Positions 51,606 to 64,000 of a stretch of DNA of 64,000 bases are shown one piece after another (the first letter of the stretch is position 1; each line of letters opens with the position of its first letter). The DNA is from Eledone cirrhosa (taxonomy: Eukaryota): the NCBI GenBank assembly GCA_964016885.1, contig OZ024741.1:351788001-351852000 (forward strand), read 5' to 3'. Made by a program: the position numbers and the translations under genes. The notes below the pieces were generated by a model. That model made no database searches and was not told the DNA's origin. It was given only the letters and a program-made list of their open reading frames with translations.

Positions 51606-52109
51606 TTAATTAATTGAAACAGAGTGTATTTCATTAGTTTCAGCTAGTAACTATTTTGTGGCCAAGCTGAAGCATCACTTTCTTCTCCTTTATAAATCCT
51701 GTAATGTGATTTTGTGTTGGAAGTATGGTGTTAGGATATGTGTAACTATCATTAATTAATTGAAATAAAGTGTATCTCATGAGAAACCCACTCATGAAAA
51801 GGTTAACATTTTACTTTAACAAACATGGTTGATAAAGAGTTTCTGTATCTTGTGGAACAGGTGAAAATTAAAAAATCTATTTAAAAAAATTTAATTATTC
51901 TTAGGCAAATTTCAATTGTATTTCAATTTATTATATGAATTTGAGTTACTGAACAATTCATTTTTTTTTAAATTTGAATATTTCCTCAATTATTATATTT
52001 TCTGTTCATAAAATTCAGTGGAAATAGGAATCTAAAAAAATAATCCTCTAGCGAAATAGAATTACTAACAATAAAAACTATTTTATTTTAAGAGTTCTAC
52101 TTGTATTGT

Positions 52110-52400
52110 AGTGAAGGCATGTACATGGCTTAATGGTTAGAATGTTTGACTGATTTTAAAGTCTAATCTCAATCCAGTTCAATTCCAGTTGTATGTTCTA
52201 TCCTTGAGCAAGACACTTTATTTCACATTGTTCCAGGTCATTCAGCTGGGAAGACATGAACTGTACCTGTAATTCAGGACTCACTGTAATGGATTTCCCT
52301 GAGAATTAGATTAAGGGTACATGTGTCTGTAGAATTTGGAATACTCAACTACTTGCATCTTGAACAGACTGTTATATTGACTGAACAACTGAAATATACA
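52110..52400 (+). mobile_element. tRNA-derived SINE with CORE-like domain (relatives at ~48590-48840 + and ~61530-61790 -)
   Basis: tggcttaatggttag A-box, gttcaattcc B-box, ccttgagcaagacactttatttcacattg. Confidence 0.65.
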
Positions 52401-52449
52401 TTGTTGAAACCAATGAGGGTTCAACTTACACATGCAAGAGATTTAATGA

Positions 52450-53657
52450 GATTATTAGGTGTAGCAGAATGGTTGGTGAGAGCAGTGTTAGTCATGTATA
52501 GAGCTGTCATCAAAGTGAGATTAGGAAACTAGTTTAGTGAGGAATTCAAGGTATAAGTAGGAGTTCATCAAGGTTTGGTTCTTAGCCCACTACTACTAAT
52601 TATAGTCCTCCATAAGTAGGAGTTCATCAAGGTTTGGTTCTTAGCCCACTACTACTAATTATAGTCCTCCAGGCTACAACAGAAGAGTTTAAAATGGGTG
52701 CCCATAGGAACTTCTTTATGCATGATCTGGTCCTTATAGCTGAATGTTCTAGAAAGTAAGTTCTGACTATGGAAACAGAATTTAAAATCAAAAAGCCTGA
52801 GAGTAAACTTACCCAAAACTTAAATGCTAGTGAAAAGGCGAGAAGATAGGGCCCTGATTCGTTCGGGAAGTGGCCCTGCTCAATATGTAGAAAGGGAGTT
52901 GGCATAAACTCCATACAATGTACACAATGTAAATCTTGGGTACACAAGAAATCTAGTGGGATAATGGATAGACTAACAGAAGGATAGCCAATGATGTAAG
53001 CCAATTCCAGTCACAGGAAGGACCCATAGAAGTGGCTGATAGCTTCTGCTATTCAGGCAACGTAATTAGCAATGGAGAGGGTACTCTGAGAGCATAATAG
53101 CTAGAATATGTATAGGATGGAAAAAGTTCAGAGAGCTACTCCCACTGTTGACCACAAAATGTTTCTCCCTATGTACAAAAGGACGACTGTATGACGCTTG
53201 TGTGCAGTGCACGATGCTGCATGGTAGTTAAACATGGACTGTGACTGCAGAGGACATGCCCAGACTGGAGAGAAATGAAGCAGCCATGCCCCATTGGATG
53301 TGCAATGTAAGTGTGAGAGAAAAGCAGAGCTTGGATGAGTTGAGAGAGAAAGTGTCTTTAAGAAGAATCCGAATTGGAGTGCAAGAGAGAAGACTGTGTT
53401 GGTTTGGACATGTGATGCACATGGACAAAGATCATTGGGTGAAGAAGTGTCAGGAGATGCCAGTGGAAGGAAGCCATGGTAGAGGTAGACCAACAAAGAC
53501 CTGGGCAGAGACTGTGAGAGCTGACCTCAAATCAGAGACTCACAGAGGCAATGACAAAGGATCGTGATGTGTGGAGAGATGCAGTGCTAAGAAGGACCTG
53601 TCCAACCCATGCAAATGTTGAAAAGCAGATGTAAAAAGGATAATGATGATGATGATA
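52450..53657 (+). mobile_element. Degenerate RTE subfamily A copy with a 59-bp internal tandem duplication (52553-52670)
   Basis: LGVAEWLVRAV, HQGLVLSP (twice), PHD remnants, RRLCWFGHV and a (GAT)n tail. Confidence 0.85.
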
Positions 53658-53679
53658 CATATATACGCATATATATACA

Positions 53680-54073
53680 CAAATATACACCCCAATCCAC
53701 TACCCCTACCCTATCCTCCCACTCCCACCAACACCACCCTCTCTCTGTAAAGTTGGTACCACAACATCCAGTCCAAAAAAATAAATGAGATAATGAGACC
53801 AAGATCATGTAGGTGTCACGACAAAATAAAAAAAAAAATTACTCACAGTCCACGCTGTAATGTGGCCGTGTAGGTAACACGGTAAAAAGTTCCCAGTTCC
53901 ACACTGTAAATGTGGTTGGTGTTAGGAAGGGCATCCAGCCGTAGAAAGCCTGCCAGATAGTCCTATACAAGCGAGACACAGTCACCCGACCAACCTTGCC
54001 TCAAGTGGCACAACTCCCGTCTAACCCATGCTAGCGTGGAAGATGGACGTTAAACGATGATGATGATGATGAT
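53680..54073 (+). mobile_element. SINE-like element equivalent to the subfamily-B 3' UTR
   Basis: Matches 36155-36506. Confidence 0.8.
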
Positions 54074-54367
54074 ATACATACATATGGTGATCTCCTGCAC
54101 AGCATTGGTTAATAATGCAGATAGCTATAATTAATAGTTGAATAAAGTATCCTTAGGGATGGAAAAAAGTGGACAGAACCACCTGTAAGAACAGAACCAT
54201 GCATGCATTGTATACTGAATGACTATGATAACCATTACACTAGAGCGCCCTTGGCTACCCCCTATCACCTTTTTAGGAGAATTAACCGTTAGGATAGACA
54301 TGTAAACAAACTGTCTTGTGGGTTGGTAGAGGGAAACTGTAGAAGCCCATCATGTGTGTGTTTGAAT

Positions 54368-55781
54368 CTATACTTAGTTTTGTTGACTTAGAGAAATCAT
54401 TTGACAGAATCCCCCGCGCCATTATCTGGTGGGCCCTTAGAAAACTTGGGGTTGATGAATGGCTTGTGAGAGCTATACAAACCATGTATAAAGAAACAGT
54501 CAGCAAGGTTAGAATTAACAACAAATATAGTGAAGAATTTAGCGTAAAAGTTGGTGTTCATCAGGGCTCTGTCCTTAGTCCCCTCCTATTTATTATTTCC
54601 CTTCAGGCTATAACAGAGGAGTTCAAGACCGGCTGCCCATGGGAACTTCTATATGCAAATGATCTAACGCTCATAGCTGAATTGATGGCTGAACTAGAGA
54701 AGAAATTCCAAACATGGAAGCATGGCCTAGAATCAAAAGGCCTAGAATCAAAAGGAAGTTAACTTGTCTAAGACTAAAGTTCTAGTATGTAGGAAGGAAA
54801 ATAGGGCACAGGTCCCCTCTGGGAAATGGCCATGCTCAGTGTGTAGGAAAGGAGTAGGCAGAAATTCCATTTTATGTCCCAAATGCAAAGTATGGGTGCA
54901 TAAAAGATGTAGTGGGATCACAGGTAAGCTATCTAAGAACGTAGATTTTATATGTGGCTGGAGCTCAGGTGCAATAAGTAACAAGCGCCCACAGAGTACT
55001 AGCTCCTTCTATTGCCCAGATGGCTTTATAGAAATAGTGGACACCTTCCGTTACCTGGGTGACAAAATCAGTTGTGGTGGAGGGTGCTCAAAAAGTACAG
55101 TAGCCAGAGTCAGAATGGGATGGAAAAACCACTATTGACCGCTAAAGGTTTCTCTCTAAAAATGAAAGGCAGACTGTATGATGCCTGCATATGTGAGAAC
55201 TTAGGTATAAGAGGAATCAGCTGTATAAAAAAGTGCAGGGCGATCAAGATTGACAGAAGTTACTCCGTAACTTCTGTCAAATTCTGGCAGACCCAGAAAA
55301 ACCTGGGACGATTTGATAAATTCCGACCTTACACACTTACACCTCTCTAAGACAATGTCACTGGACCGAGATCTTTGGCGCTACAAAGTAATACAGAAAG
55401 CCCGCCTTGCCTAAGTACGAAGCGAAACCTACAGTCAGTAGGCACCTCTTAATCAAATATACACCCCCTCCCACTACCCCAACTCCACCCCTTTCTCTGT
55501 AAAGTTATGTTGGTCCCACAACATCCAGTGCTAAATAAATGAGGTCGTGTAGGTGTCACGACAAAAAAACACACAGTCCACGCTGTAATGTGGCCGTGTA
55601 GGTAACATGGTAAAAACCTCCCAGTCGACACTGTAAAGATGGTTGGTGTTAGGAAGGGCATCCAGCCATCGAAAACCTGCCAGCCAGTACAAGCGAGACG
55701 ACCAATCTTGCCTCAAGTGGGACAATTCCCGTCTAAACCCATGCTAGCGTGGAAGATAGACGTTAAAAGATGATGATGATG
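54368..55781 (+). mobile_element. 5'-truncated, internally deleted RTE subfamily B copy
   Basis: FVDLEKSFD..HQGSVLSP..YAND..PHD, a 15-bp duplication ggcctagaatcaaaa, and the long 3' UTR and tail. Confidence 0.9.
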
Positions 55782-57290
55782 CTTATATTTATGTCCTGTA
55801 ACTTAGCAGTTCAACAAAAACAAAATCGATGACATGAATACCAGACTTGAAAAAATAAGTACTGTGTTTGATATGATTGACTAAATCAAAATAGTGCCCC
55901 AGCATGGCCACAATCAAATGAGTGAAATCAGTAAAAGAACAAATTTCAATACTGATTGCCAAATCCAGAAAAGGCATATGCTATTGGCAAATAATTAATT
56001 CTAGCAGCTGTTATTGAGATTCTGTGAACCATGTTCAATAAGCCAGCTACTGACATAATCAATAAAATATAACACAATATGATATATTGATGAGATAGGT
56101 CAAGGGTGTGGAAGACACATCGTAGACATTTTTGAGAACTGCTCAAATGTTCATTGCAACTGGGTAAATCAACTCTAGCAGGGAATAAAGCTTTACTGTG
56201 AGCTTATGTTTGGTTTATACTAGAAGAGAATATTTGCCAGACATTTCATATTAAAGGAGAGTTGATATATAGGAGAGTTGGTGAAAAGTTTTTAAAGAAA
56301 AGATTTCCAGTTACAAATATAAAAAGTCTATATGAACCCATATACAATATGTTTATGTATAATAAACATATATTTAGTCTCGTTGTGATAATTTCATAGC
56401 AACCTTAGCACATGGATAAGAGCAGCAGACACACATATTTGACAGTTGTTATTGTTCACCATCACTTGCTCAATTACATCCAGATACTGAGGTATGACAG
56501 ACAATATCGCCTTACAGATTTTGTAAACAAATCATTCTTGTTGAAAGCTTATTGCAATCATGACATTATTGCAATCTTGACTGGCTTCACAGATTCAAGT
56601 GAAATAGCTCCATTGATAGAGAATGGTTACTGTGGATTCATTACATTTTTAACCTTTTTGATACTGTACCACCTGAAACTGCCCTTGGTTCTAGCATACC
56701 AGCCTGTTTGTTTTAAAGTGGTTACATCTATCATAATTTTATGTAAGAACCTTTGTTAAGTTATGCTCCAAACACCACCTTAATAATGAGAAAGTTAATT
56801 ATATTGCTAAACTGCTCCAAATTCTTTGATTACTTTCAAAATTATTTTTGCAGATGGTGGGTTATCACTGTGGATTCAGTGCATACTTGAAAAAGACGGT
56901 GCTAAATATATTGGTAATGCATTGGATGATGCATTGCCAACAATTAGCTGCAATACTCATTGCAGCTCACCTTTACAGAAAGTAACATAATAAAATAAAT
57001 AATTTTTCTATTCAGACAGTTGCTTGAATTTGAGCTATTCCCCACAGAAATTCAGTAGTTGTAGAAGGGTGCCTGGCTTCAGTTTTGGAATTGCTTGAAT
57101 ACAAAGATATTTTCCTGTGAGACAAGTTTTATAATGACATAGCTCCTATGTGAGATTTATATTTCAAGTTTAATGAAATGAATTCACAGCTGTGAATTTA
57201 ACATTGATGCAATTAAAAACAAAGAGTTAAAGCTCAAATTGAGGAAGGTACTATTATTTCTGGTAGCAGTACCAAATTACAGATCTTTAA

Positions 57291-57634
57291 CCCTTCTGTA
57301 ACCACATTTCAAATAAATGACATCATCATCATCATCACTGTTTTACGTCCATTCTTCCACGCTAGCATGGGTTAGACAGAAAAAATTCTACTTTTGTTGT
57401 TCCTCATGTGACAATTGGTAGAGTAACTCCCTGTAATTTTTTAAATAATCAAGAATTTGGAGAGATTTATTAATATAACTAACTTTCTCATTATCAAGCT
57501 GGTGTTTGGAACATAACTTAGTAAAGTTAATTATGATGTAAGGTGTTCAGATAAATACAAACACATATGTATAAAATAAACAGGTATGTATCATAGAGCT
57601 AGAGGTGGTTTCAGGTAGTGTGGTATCAAAAGGG
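57291..57634. mobile_element. piggyBac-type MITE with TTAA TSD (relatives ~44585-44755, ~45880-46115, ~47100-47345, ~56650-56850)
   Basis: ttaa|cccttctgtaacc ... ggtatcaaaaggg|ttaa. An RTE-tail fragment is nested at ~57321-57380. Confidence 0.7.
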
Positions 57635-57962
57635 TTAAGGATGCTGCTTACTAATATAGAGCCAGTGGGGCTGCAAAACATAAAAGTTTTAAACAAGTAT
57701 ATATATAAAATTCCTTCTCTCTGTTTCATCCACAATTACTACAATAGCCTCTGCTCCTCAGATGTGGCTGGTCTTATGCCATCTCTACTCAGGCACTCAT
57801 AAATCACTTGTTTCTGTGAAAGCTAAGAACACTATCCCTTCATCTGTGGCAGCTATGGACAATGTCCCTTCCCTTGTGTCAAGTAAATAAATAAAATAAA
57901 TAAAAAAATCTAGGAATGCTATTTTCTAATTTCTCCCCCATCCTAATCTTCCTTCATGATTG

Positions 57963-58013
<51 letters not shown>

Positions 58014-58099
58014 CTCAAAGGCTATGACACACAACTGTGACCTCTGGTGTCACACAGTAATACAGAGTACCCGACCTCCCATGGGTACAAGCTGAAGCA

Positions 58100-58880
58100 T
58101 ATAGACAATATGCCCCCACACCCTCCCACTGCAAAGTGGTCATTGAGGTGCCATGGCAAAAAAGCACCCAGCCCACACTGTAAAGTGGCCGTGTAGGCGC
58201 CATGGAAAAAAAGCACCCAGCACTCACTGTAAACGAGGTTGGTGTTAGGAAGGGCATCCAGCTGTAGAAATCAAGCCAAAATCAGTTCCTGTATGAGCAA
58301 GACAAGGTCAGCCGACCAGACACTGCTCACAACAGGACAACCCGTCTAACCCATGCTAGCGTGGAAGAACGGACGTAAAACGATGATGATGATGATGATA
58401 CACATACACACACTGACATTTGACCTCAATATCTACTCTCTCTATCATGATATATATATATATATCATCATCATCACTGCCATTTTTCTACACTAGCATA
58501 GATTAGAGTTGTCCCTTTGTGAGACAAGCCAGCTCAGATGACCATGTTTTGCTCACACAGAACTGATTTTGGTTAGGTTTCTATGGTTAGATACCCTTCC
58601 TAACACTAACCACATTTACAGTGTGCACTGGATGCTTTTTGTTGTGACACCTTCACAACCACTTTTCAGTGTGGACTGGGCACTTTTTGCATGTCACTTA
58701 CACAACCACTTTACAGTGTGGGCTGGACACTTTAGGGCATGTCACCATCACGACCACTTTACAGTGTGGGCTGGACACTTTAGGACATGTCACCATCACG
58801 ACCACTTTACAGTGTGGGCTGGACACTTTTGGACATGCCGCCATCACAACCACTTTACAGTGGGATGGGGTCTTGGATGG
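58100..58880. mobile_element. Tail-to-tail inverted pair of RTE-tail SINEs with ~41-bp internal tandem units
   Basis: Plus copy ends in (GAT)n at ~58398. Minus copy begins (cat)n at ~58464. Unit accactttacagtgtgggctggacactttaggacatgtc.. is repeated. Confidence 0.8.
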
Positions 58881-60664
58881 GGAAGATGTGTAGAGGTTGG
58901 GGAAGTAGATCTATAGCCGTATGTGAGGGGTAGAGTATTAGGGCATGGGAGGAGTGTTAGGACATGGGAGGTGTATGGAAGGGGGGATAGAGAGGAAGGT
59001 GGTGCACACTAGGTGTATGCTTCAAACTGTGCTCATGGGAAAGTGGGTCTGCATAGCGCCAGAGATCTCAGTCCTGTGCCATTGCCTTTGATAGGTGCAA
59101 TGGTGCAAGGTCAGCTTTTATTACCATATCCCAAGTCTTGCTAGACCATAGCTTCCATTAACTTTGAGTGCTCTTCACCATTTTATACAGCTATCATCCT
59201 TCATATGCATCATATGCCCATACCAATGCATTACCATATGAACGTCAACTTTAGTGCTTTAATGTTTATTCTGTTTGTCTAAGTAGATCTAGGGAGGATT
59301 TGAACTCAGAATGTAAAAAGCAAGAATGGATACCAGAAGGTATTTTGTTTGACACTTTAGTGATTCTGCCAGTCAACCAACATAATAGTAATAATAATGA
59401 TGATGATGGTTTCTAATTTAAGCACAAAGATAGCAATTTCTGGTACTTTATTTTATCAACCTCAGAATGATGAAAGCCAAAGTTGACCTCAGCAGGATTT
59501 GAACTCAGAACATAAAGGTGTAACTAGATGCCTCATAGCACTTTTCTCAACACTTAGCCATTCCACAATCATTTTACCTCTGCTCTCCATGTTAGCATGG
59601 GTTGGACAGGTCAGTAAAGGCTGAATCAATTCTCATTTGTAGTTAGTGACCACTTAGAGACAAGGTCAGAGGGTTATGTTCCACTTGTACAGTGGGGTTA
59701 GTGACCACTTAGAGACAGGGTCAGAGAGTGACATTCCACTTGGTGATTTACAGTTTGATATAAATAAAGAGACAAATAAATACATAAATAAAACAAAAAC
59801 TACAACAGTGACAACCACAACAACACCATACTCACCAACAATAGTGACAACAAGAACAACAGTACCAATAGGAAATATGAGTGAAACACAATAAAAGACT
59901 TGGAAACAATAATGGTAAAGGAATTCTTAAAAGTGCAGGCAATGCAAAATAGCTGCAGCTATATTGTAACTATATTCTCTCTTTTGTTTCATATTCACTG
60001 GTTTTTTTTTATCTTGTTACATACGCAACCACACACACACAATATACACACCAACAAACACATACACAACTTCACACACACACACCTATATATATATACA
60101 TACATACACACACAGTAATACAGGCACAACTATACACACACTGATACACGCACAATTTTTTTTTTAAATTAAAAAATAAATAAATACTGAATGTTGTTAA
60201 ATTATTGATTTGGCTGGCTTGGCTCAGTTGTAAATATATGTTGGCAACAGACAAAAACACAATACTGATATTTCATATAGTTTAGATGGTGTTGTTGGTG
60301 GTGGTGTTAATGGTTGTCATGGTGGTGTCAATGGTGGTGTTGGTGGCGATAGTGCGCTGCTGTAGGTGGTGGTGTCAGCAGTGTTATTGGTAATGGTTGT
60401 AGTGCTGCTGTTCGCATTGGTAGTAGTAGGTGTTAGTGGTAGTGGGGGTGGTGGCATTGGTATAAGTGGTAGTGGCAGTAGTGGTTGTGGTAGTGATGGC
60501 AGTGGTGATAATGACAAACAGTTGTGATGGTGAGGAAAGTGGCAGCAATATTGTACAAAAGACAACTCTGGACAAATGTCAGTATAAATACTTTTTGCCA
60601 TATTTCAAAATATTTCTTCACAGACTCACTATTCTTCAACAACCTCATTATTGTTGTTATTATT

Positions 60665-61325
60665 ATCAATTGGCAATATTGGTAGAGCGTCAGACACCAT
60701 GCTTCGTGGCATAGAGTTACGTCCCTTGACCTTACAGAATTCAAATCCTGCTGTGGTTAACTTTGCCTTTCATCCTTATAAGATCAATAAAATAAAGTAC
60801 CAGTAATGCACTGGGGTTGATTTCCTCGACTTCCCCCTCCTCCAAAATTATTGGTGTTGTACCTAAATCAGAAACTGTTATTATTATTTTCATTATTGGT
60901 GGATTGACGAAATAGAATGTCAGACAAATTACTTTGTGGTATATAGTTACGGCCCTTTACGTTCTGTGTTCAAATCATGCCAAAGTTAGCTTTGCCTTTC
61001 ATCTTTACAGGGTCAATAAAATAAAGCAACAGTAATGTACTGGGTTCAGTTTAATCGATTTTCTCCTCCTCCAAAATTGTTGGCCTTGTGCCTAAATCAG
61101 AAACTATTATTATCATTATTGTTACTATTATCCTTATTTGTGGATTGGCAGAATAGAATGTCGGACAAGAAACTTTGTTGCATTTAGTTATGTCCCTTTA
61201 TGTTCTGAGTTCAAATCCCACGAAGATCAGCTTTACCTTTCATCCTTCAATAGAATAAAATTAAATTGGGATCGATTTAATCTATATTCCTTTCCCCCAC
61301 ACCATTGATGACCTTGTGCCTAAGA
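60665..61325 (+). mobile_element. Three head-to-tail tRNA-derived SINEs separated by (TAT)n
   Basis: Units start at about 60665, 60897 and 61138, each with ttcaaatc, tttcatc and cctaa. Confidence 0.85.
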
Positions 61326-62288
61326 CGCTGTTGTTGCTGTTGTTATTCTTGGATAGCCCTAGTTTTTGTTTGACCAGATTAGAATTTCTGCTCTTAAACT
61401 TCTTGTTGAAGAGTTACATTCAGCAATGGGCTGCAATAGGGAGGAGTTGGAGGGAATAGAAATATACAAGTGCCCTCTGGGCCATCACTGAGACTGATAT
61501 GCATGAGGATTGTTCCTGTTGTTGGATCAATGGGACAACATAGTTATGAAATTAATATGCAAGTGGCTGAACATTCCACAGGCATGTGCACTCTTAATGT
61601 AGTTCTCAAAGAGTTTCAGCATGACACTGTGTGACAAGGCTGGACTTAAGTACAGGTACAACTTTCTAGCTGAGTGGACTGGAGCAATGTGAAATAAAAG
61701 GACACAATGCACCACCTGGTCAGGGAATTGAACTCATAACGAAACAATCATGAATTCAACATATTTACCAATAAGCCATACACCTTCATAAAATATATAC
61801 ACATTTACTAACTGCCCCATCAACAATGCAGACACGTGCCTGAATTGTTACATCGTGGTGTACAAGATAGTTTGTAAGAAATCTGGTGGCTCAAAAATTA
61901 GAAGCACAGTCCTTAAATTACATATAGTTATCAAAGACCACATCCACATAAGTGTATCTACAGTCAAAATTAAACAGCATGTGTGAGTTACATAAGGCTG
62001 ATTGGCTACTGTGACTACACCAGTCCATCATGTCACAAATTCTCTGACCCAATTTCTTCACAGCAGAGTACCTGCACTTTCAAAAATGCAGTCATACCCG
62101 AGAAATCTCATGAAATATAAGGTAAAGTATAAAGTGCTGTATTCTTTTTTTTTTCATTTTTAATTTACTCTAGTTTTCAGTCTTTTACTTCAAACATGAA
62201 TTGTAATGGATTTCTCGAAAACAGTCATACCCAAATATCTTACAATACTTCACATAAACTATACTGATACACACACACACACATAACA

Positions 62289-63390
62289 TCTATACTATAA
62301 GAGCTGTGTCTGTCAGTCCATCACGCCTTCTATATATATATAGAGGGAAATACTGCTCCACCTCTCACCCATTCAACCTCTCCCTAACTAAAACATAGTG
62401 TGAATAAACAAAAAGAATATGGAGTTTTTTGGTTGTGTGTGTATTTCTGCATGAGAGAGTGTGTGCGCGCGTGCGTGCGTGCGTGTGTGTGTGTAATAGA
62501 TTATTAGGCTTTCCTTGCACTGATAGAACTAATTTTTATGGCCTAAGGAGTGAAATTGTCCTATGTTAATGAAAATGAGCCTAAACTACTGGATGATCAA
62601 AAAGCACTATATAACATTAGACTTGAGTCAATTACTCAACAGAATAGTGACCTATTTTTTATTGATCTTCTGGGTGGAACTAGTAAAACCTTGATAAACC
62701 TATTGTTACACATCTTTGACAAGACAAAAAAATTTCTTTAACAGTTGCTTCATCTGAAATTGCTGCTATACTTTTACCTAGGGGCCAGACAGCACATTCT
62801 GCTTTCAAATTGGCCTCAGTTTGAATGAAATGTCCATATGTTATATAAAGAAAGACTCAGGGGCTGCTCAAGTATTGCAAAGATGTGTAACAATATTTGG
62901 CAATGAATTTACAATGGTGCATAGACACACATTGGAGGCAGATCACTGAAAGATAGCTGGAACAGCAAAACAATCATGCAAGGAATCACTGTCATTTTAA
63001 CAGGGGACTTCCAACAAACTTTACCTGTGGCAATGATCAAGTTTCAGCTTGCCTAAAATCGTCAATTTTATGGCCATGTATCATAAAACTCAACTTAAGA
63101 ACCAACATGTGAGCACAACTTCACGATGACAAAACCTTTGCAGAATTTGCGCAAAAGCTTCTGAAACTTGGTGAAGGCAAAGTATCCCTTGATACGGAAA
63201 GATGTTTTGATCTTTCATCATTTTGTACTGTTGTGGGAAGTGTTGATAGCATAATTAATTAAGTGTTCCCTAATTTCGAAATCCACAATTCTAAGGAGTG
63301 GCTGCATAAAAGAGTAATCCTTGCCCACCACAAAATATTACAGGGAATACCATCAACAAAAATCTCTCACAAATGATCCTTGGATTTGTT
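62289..63390 (+). mobile_element. Helitron remnant: TC 5' terminus plus degenerate PIF1-type helicase
   Basis: a|TCtatactata start. Translates DQKALY..FFIDLLGGTSKT, VASSEIAAILLPRGQTAHSAFKL, LTGDFQQTLPV, ACLKSSILW, LRTNM*, LLKLGEG. Confidence 0.85.
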
Positions 63391-63394
63391 GACG

Positions 63395-63725
63395 AGGATT
63401 TCTCAACAGTCTTCAACAAAAAGAAGTTTGCCAACGAAATCTATTAACAACATGTGTCTAACATCATGTACAAGAGTTGGCTTGGTTGGTTGGGGCAAAT
63501 CCCACAACTATCTAGTGAGAGACATGATAATCAGGTCTTGTATTGGTAATCCCATGGAAAGAGGCCAAGAGGACGTACCAAGATGAAATGCAGCAGACAA
63601 TTGACAGAGACCTGAAACTTATCAACAAAAGTTGGAACGATGTAATGGGAGATGCAACTGACCTTGGTCATTGAAGCACTTTGGCTGCCTCATGTGTCTC
63701 AAGACACAGGAACTTCTAAGTCTTA
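63395..63725 (+). mobile_element. Old RTE-like 3' fragment
   Basis: VLYW..HGKRPRGR-like C-terminal motif and a taagtc-type end. Confidence 0.45.
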
Positions 63726-63811
63726 GAAATATGATATATATATATATATATATAATGATGATGATGATGAAATATATATAAAAATACATATGATACATTA
63801 GTGAAAGTGGA

Positions 63812-63844
63812 GAATCGACTGCCCAGCAGTTTCGGGTGGTTACC
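63812..63844 (-). ncRNA. 3' half of a hammerhead motif, truncated at (TA)n
   Basis: Minus strand reads ggtaaccaccc-GAA-ACTGC-tgg-GCAGT-C-gattc. The 5' core is missing. Confidence 0.45.
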
Positions 63845-64000
63845 TATATATATATATATATATATAAGCAAAAGGGATATTCAATTTGTTGGAAATTCAA
63901 CAAATATAAATGTTTATAACTGATTCAGAGCACTCAACAAGTTTTCTGGAGTATAATATTAAATAAATGGAAACTATATTTATAAAACCATATTTATTCT

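Noticed and set aside
56854-56981. Possible plus-strand exon (ttgcag...gtaaca)
   Set aside because: The apparent acceptor sits at the end of a MITE remnant, the donor is weak and the peptide is unrecognised. Kept only as part of a low-interest finding

Overview
This is AT-rich eukaryotic DNA, dense in microsatellites and retroelements. The repeat landscape ((GAT)n-tailed RTE LINEs and SINEs, tRNA-derived SINEs) suggests an octopus or other cephalopod, which is my inference. The only host-gene piece I can recognise is a 186-bp minus-strand coding exon of MAEA (CTLH/GID E3 ligase subunit) at 3125-3310. I did not find exon 1, so most of the window is probably one very large intron. It contains a near-full-length RTE LINE with a single nonsense codon and a C4HC3 PHD finger inserted inside the RT domain, plus many truncated relatives. 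There are also fragments of R4/Dong, CRE, L1/Tx1, Penelope and Helitron elements, several MITEs, and a ~9.5-kb 22-bp GT-rich satellite that explains the 3259-aa pseudo-ORF. The most unusual signals are three. (i) Hammerhead-ribozyme motifs of several sequence types, two of them built into near-perfect palindromes, with every complete core antisense to MAEA. (ii) A 748-bp foldback MITE (Merlin-like ends, 8-bp TSD) carrying two inverted canonical histone-mRNA 3' stem-loops. (iii) The PHD-in-RT LINE family. Boundaries of degenerate elements are approximate.
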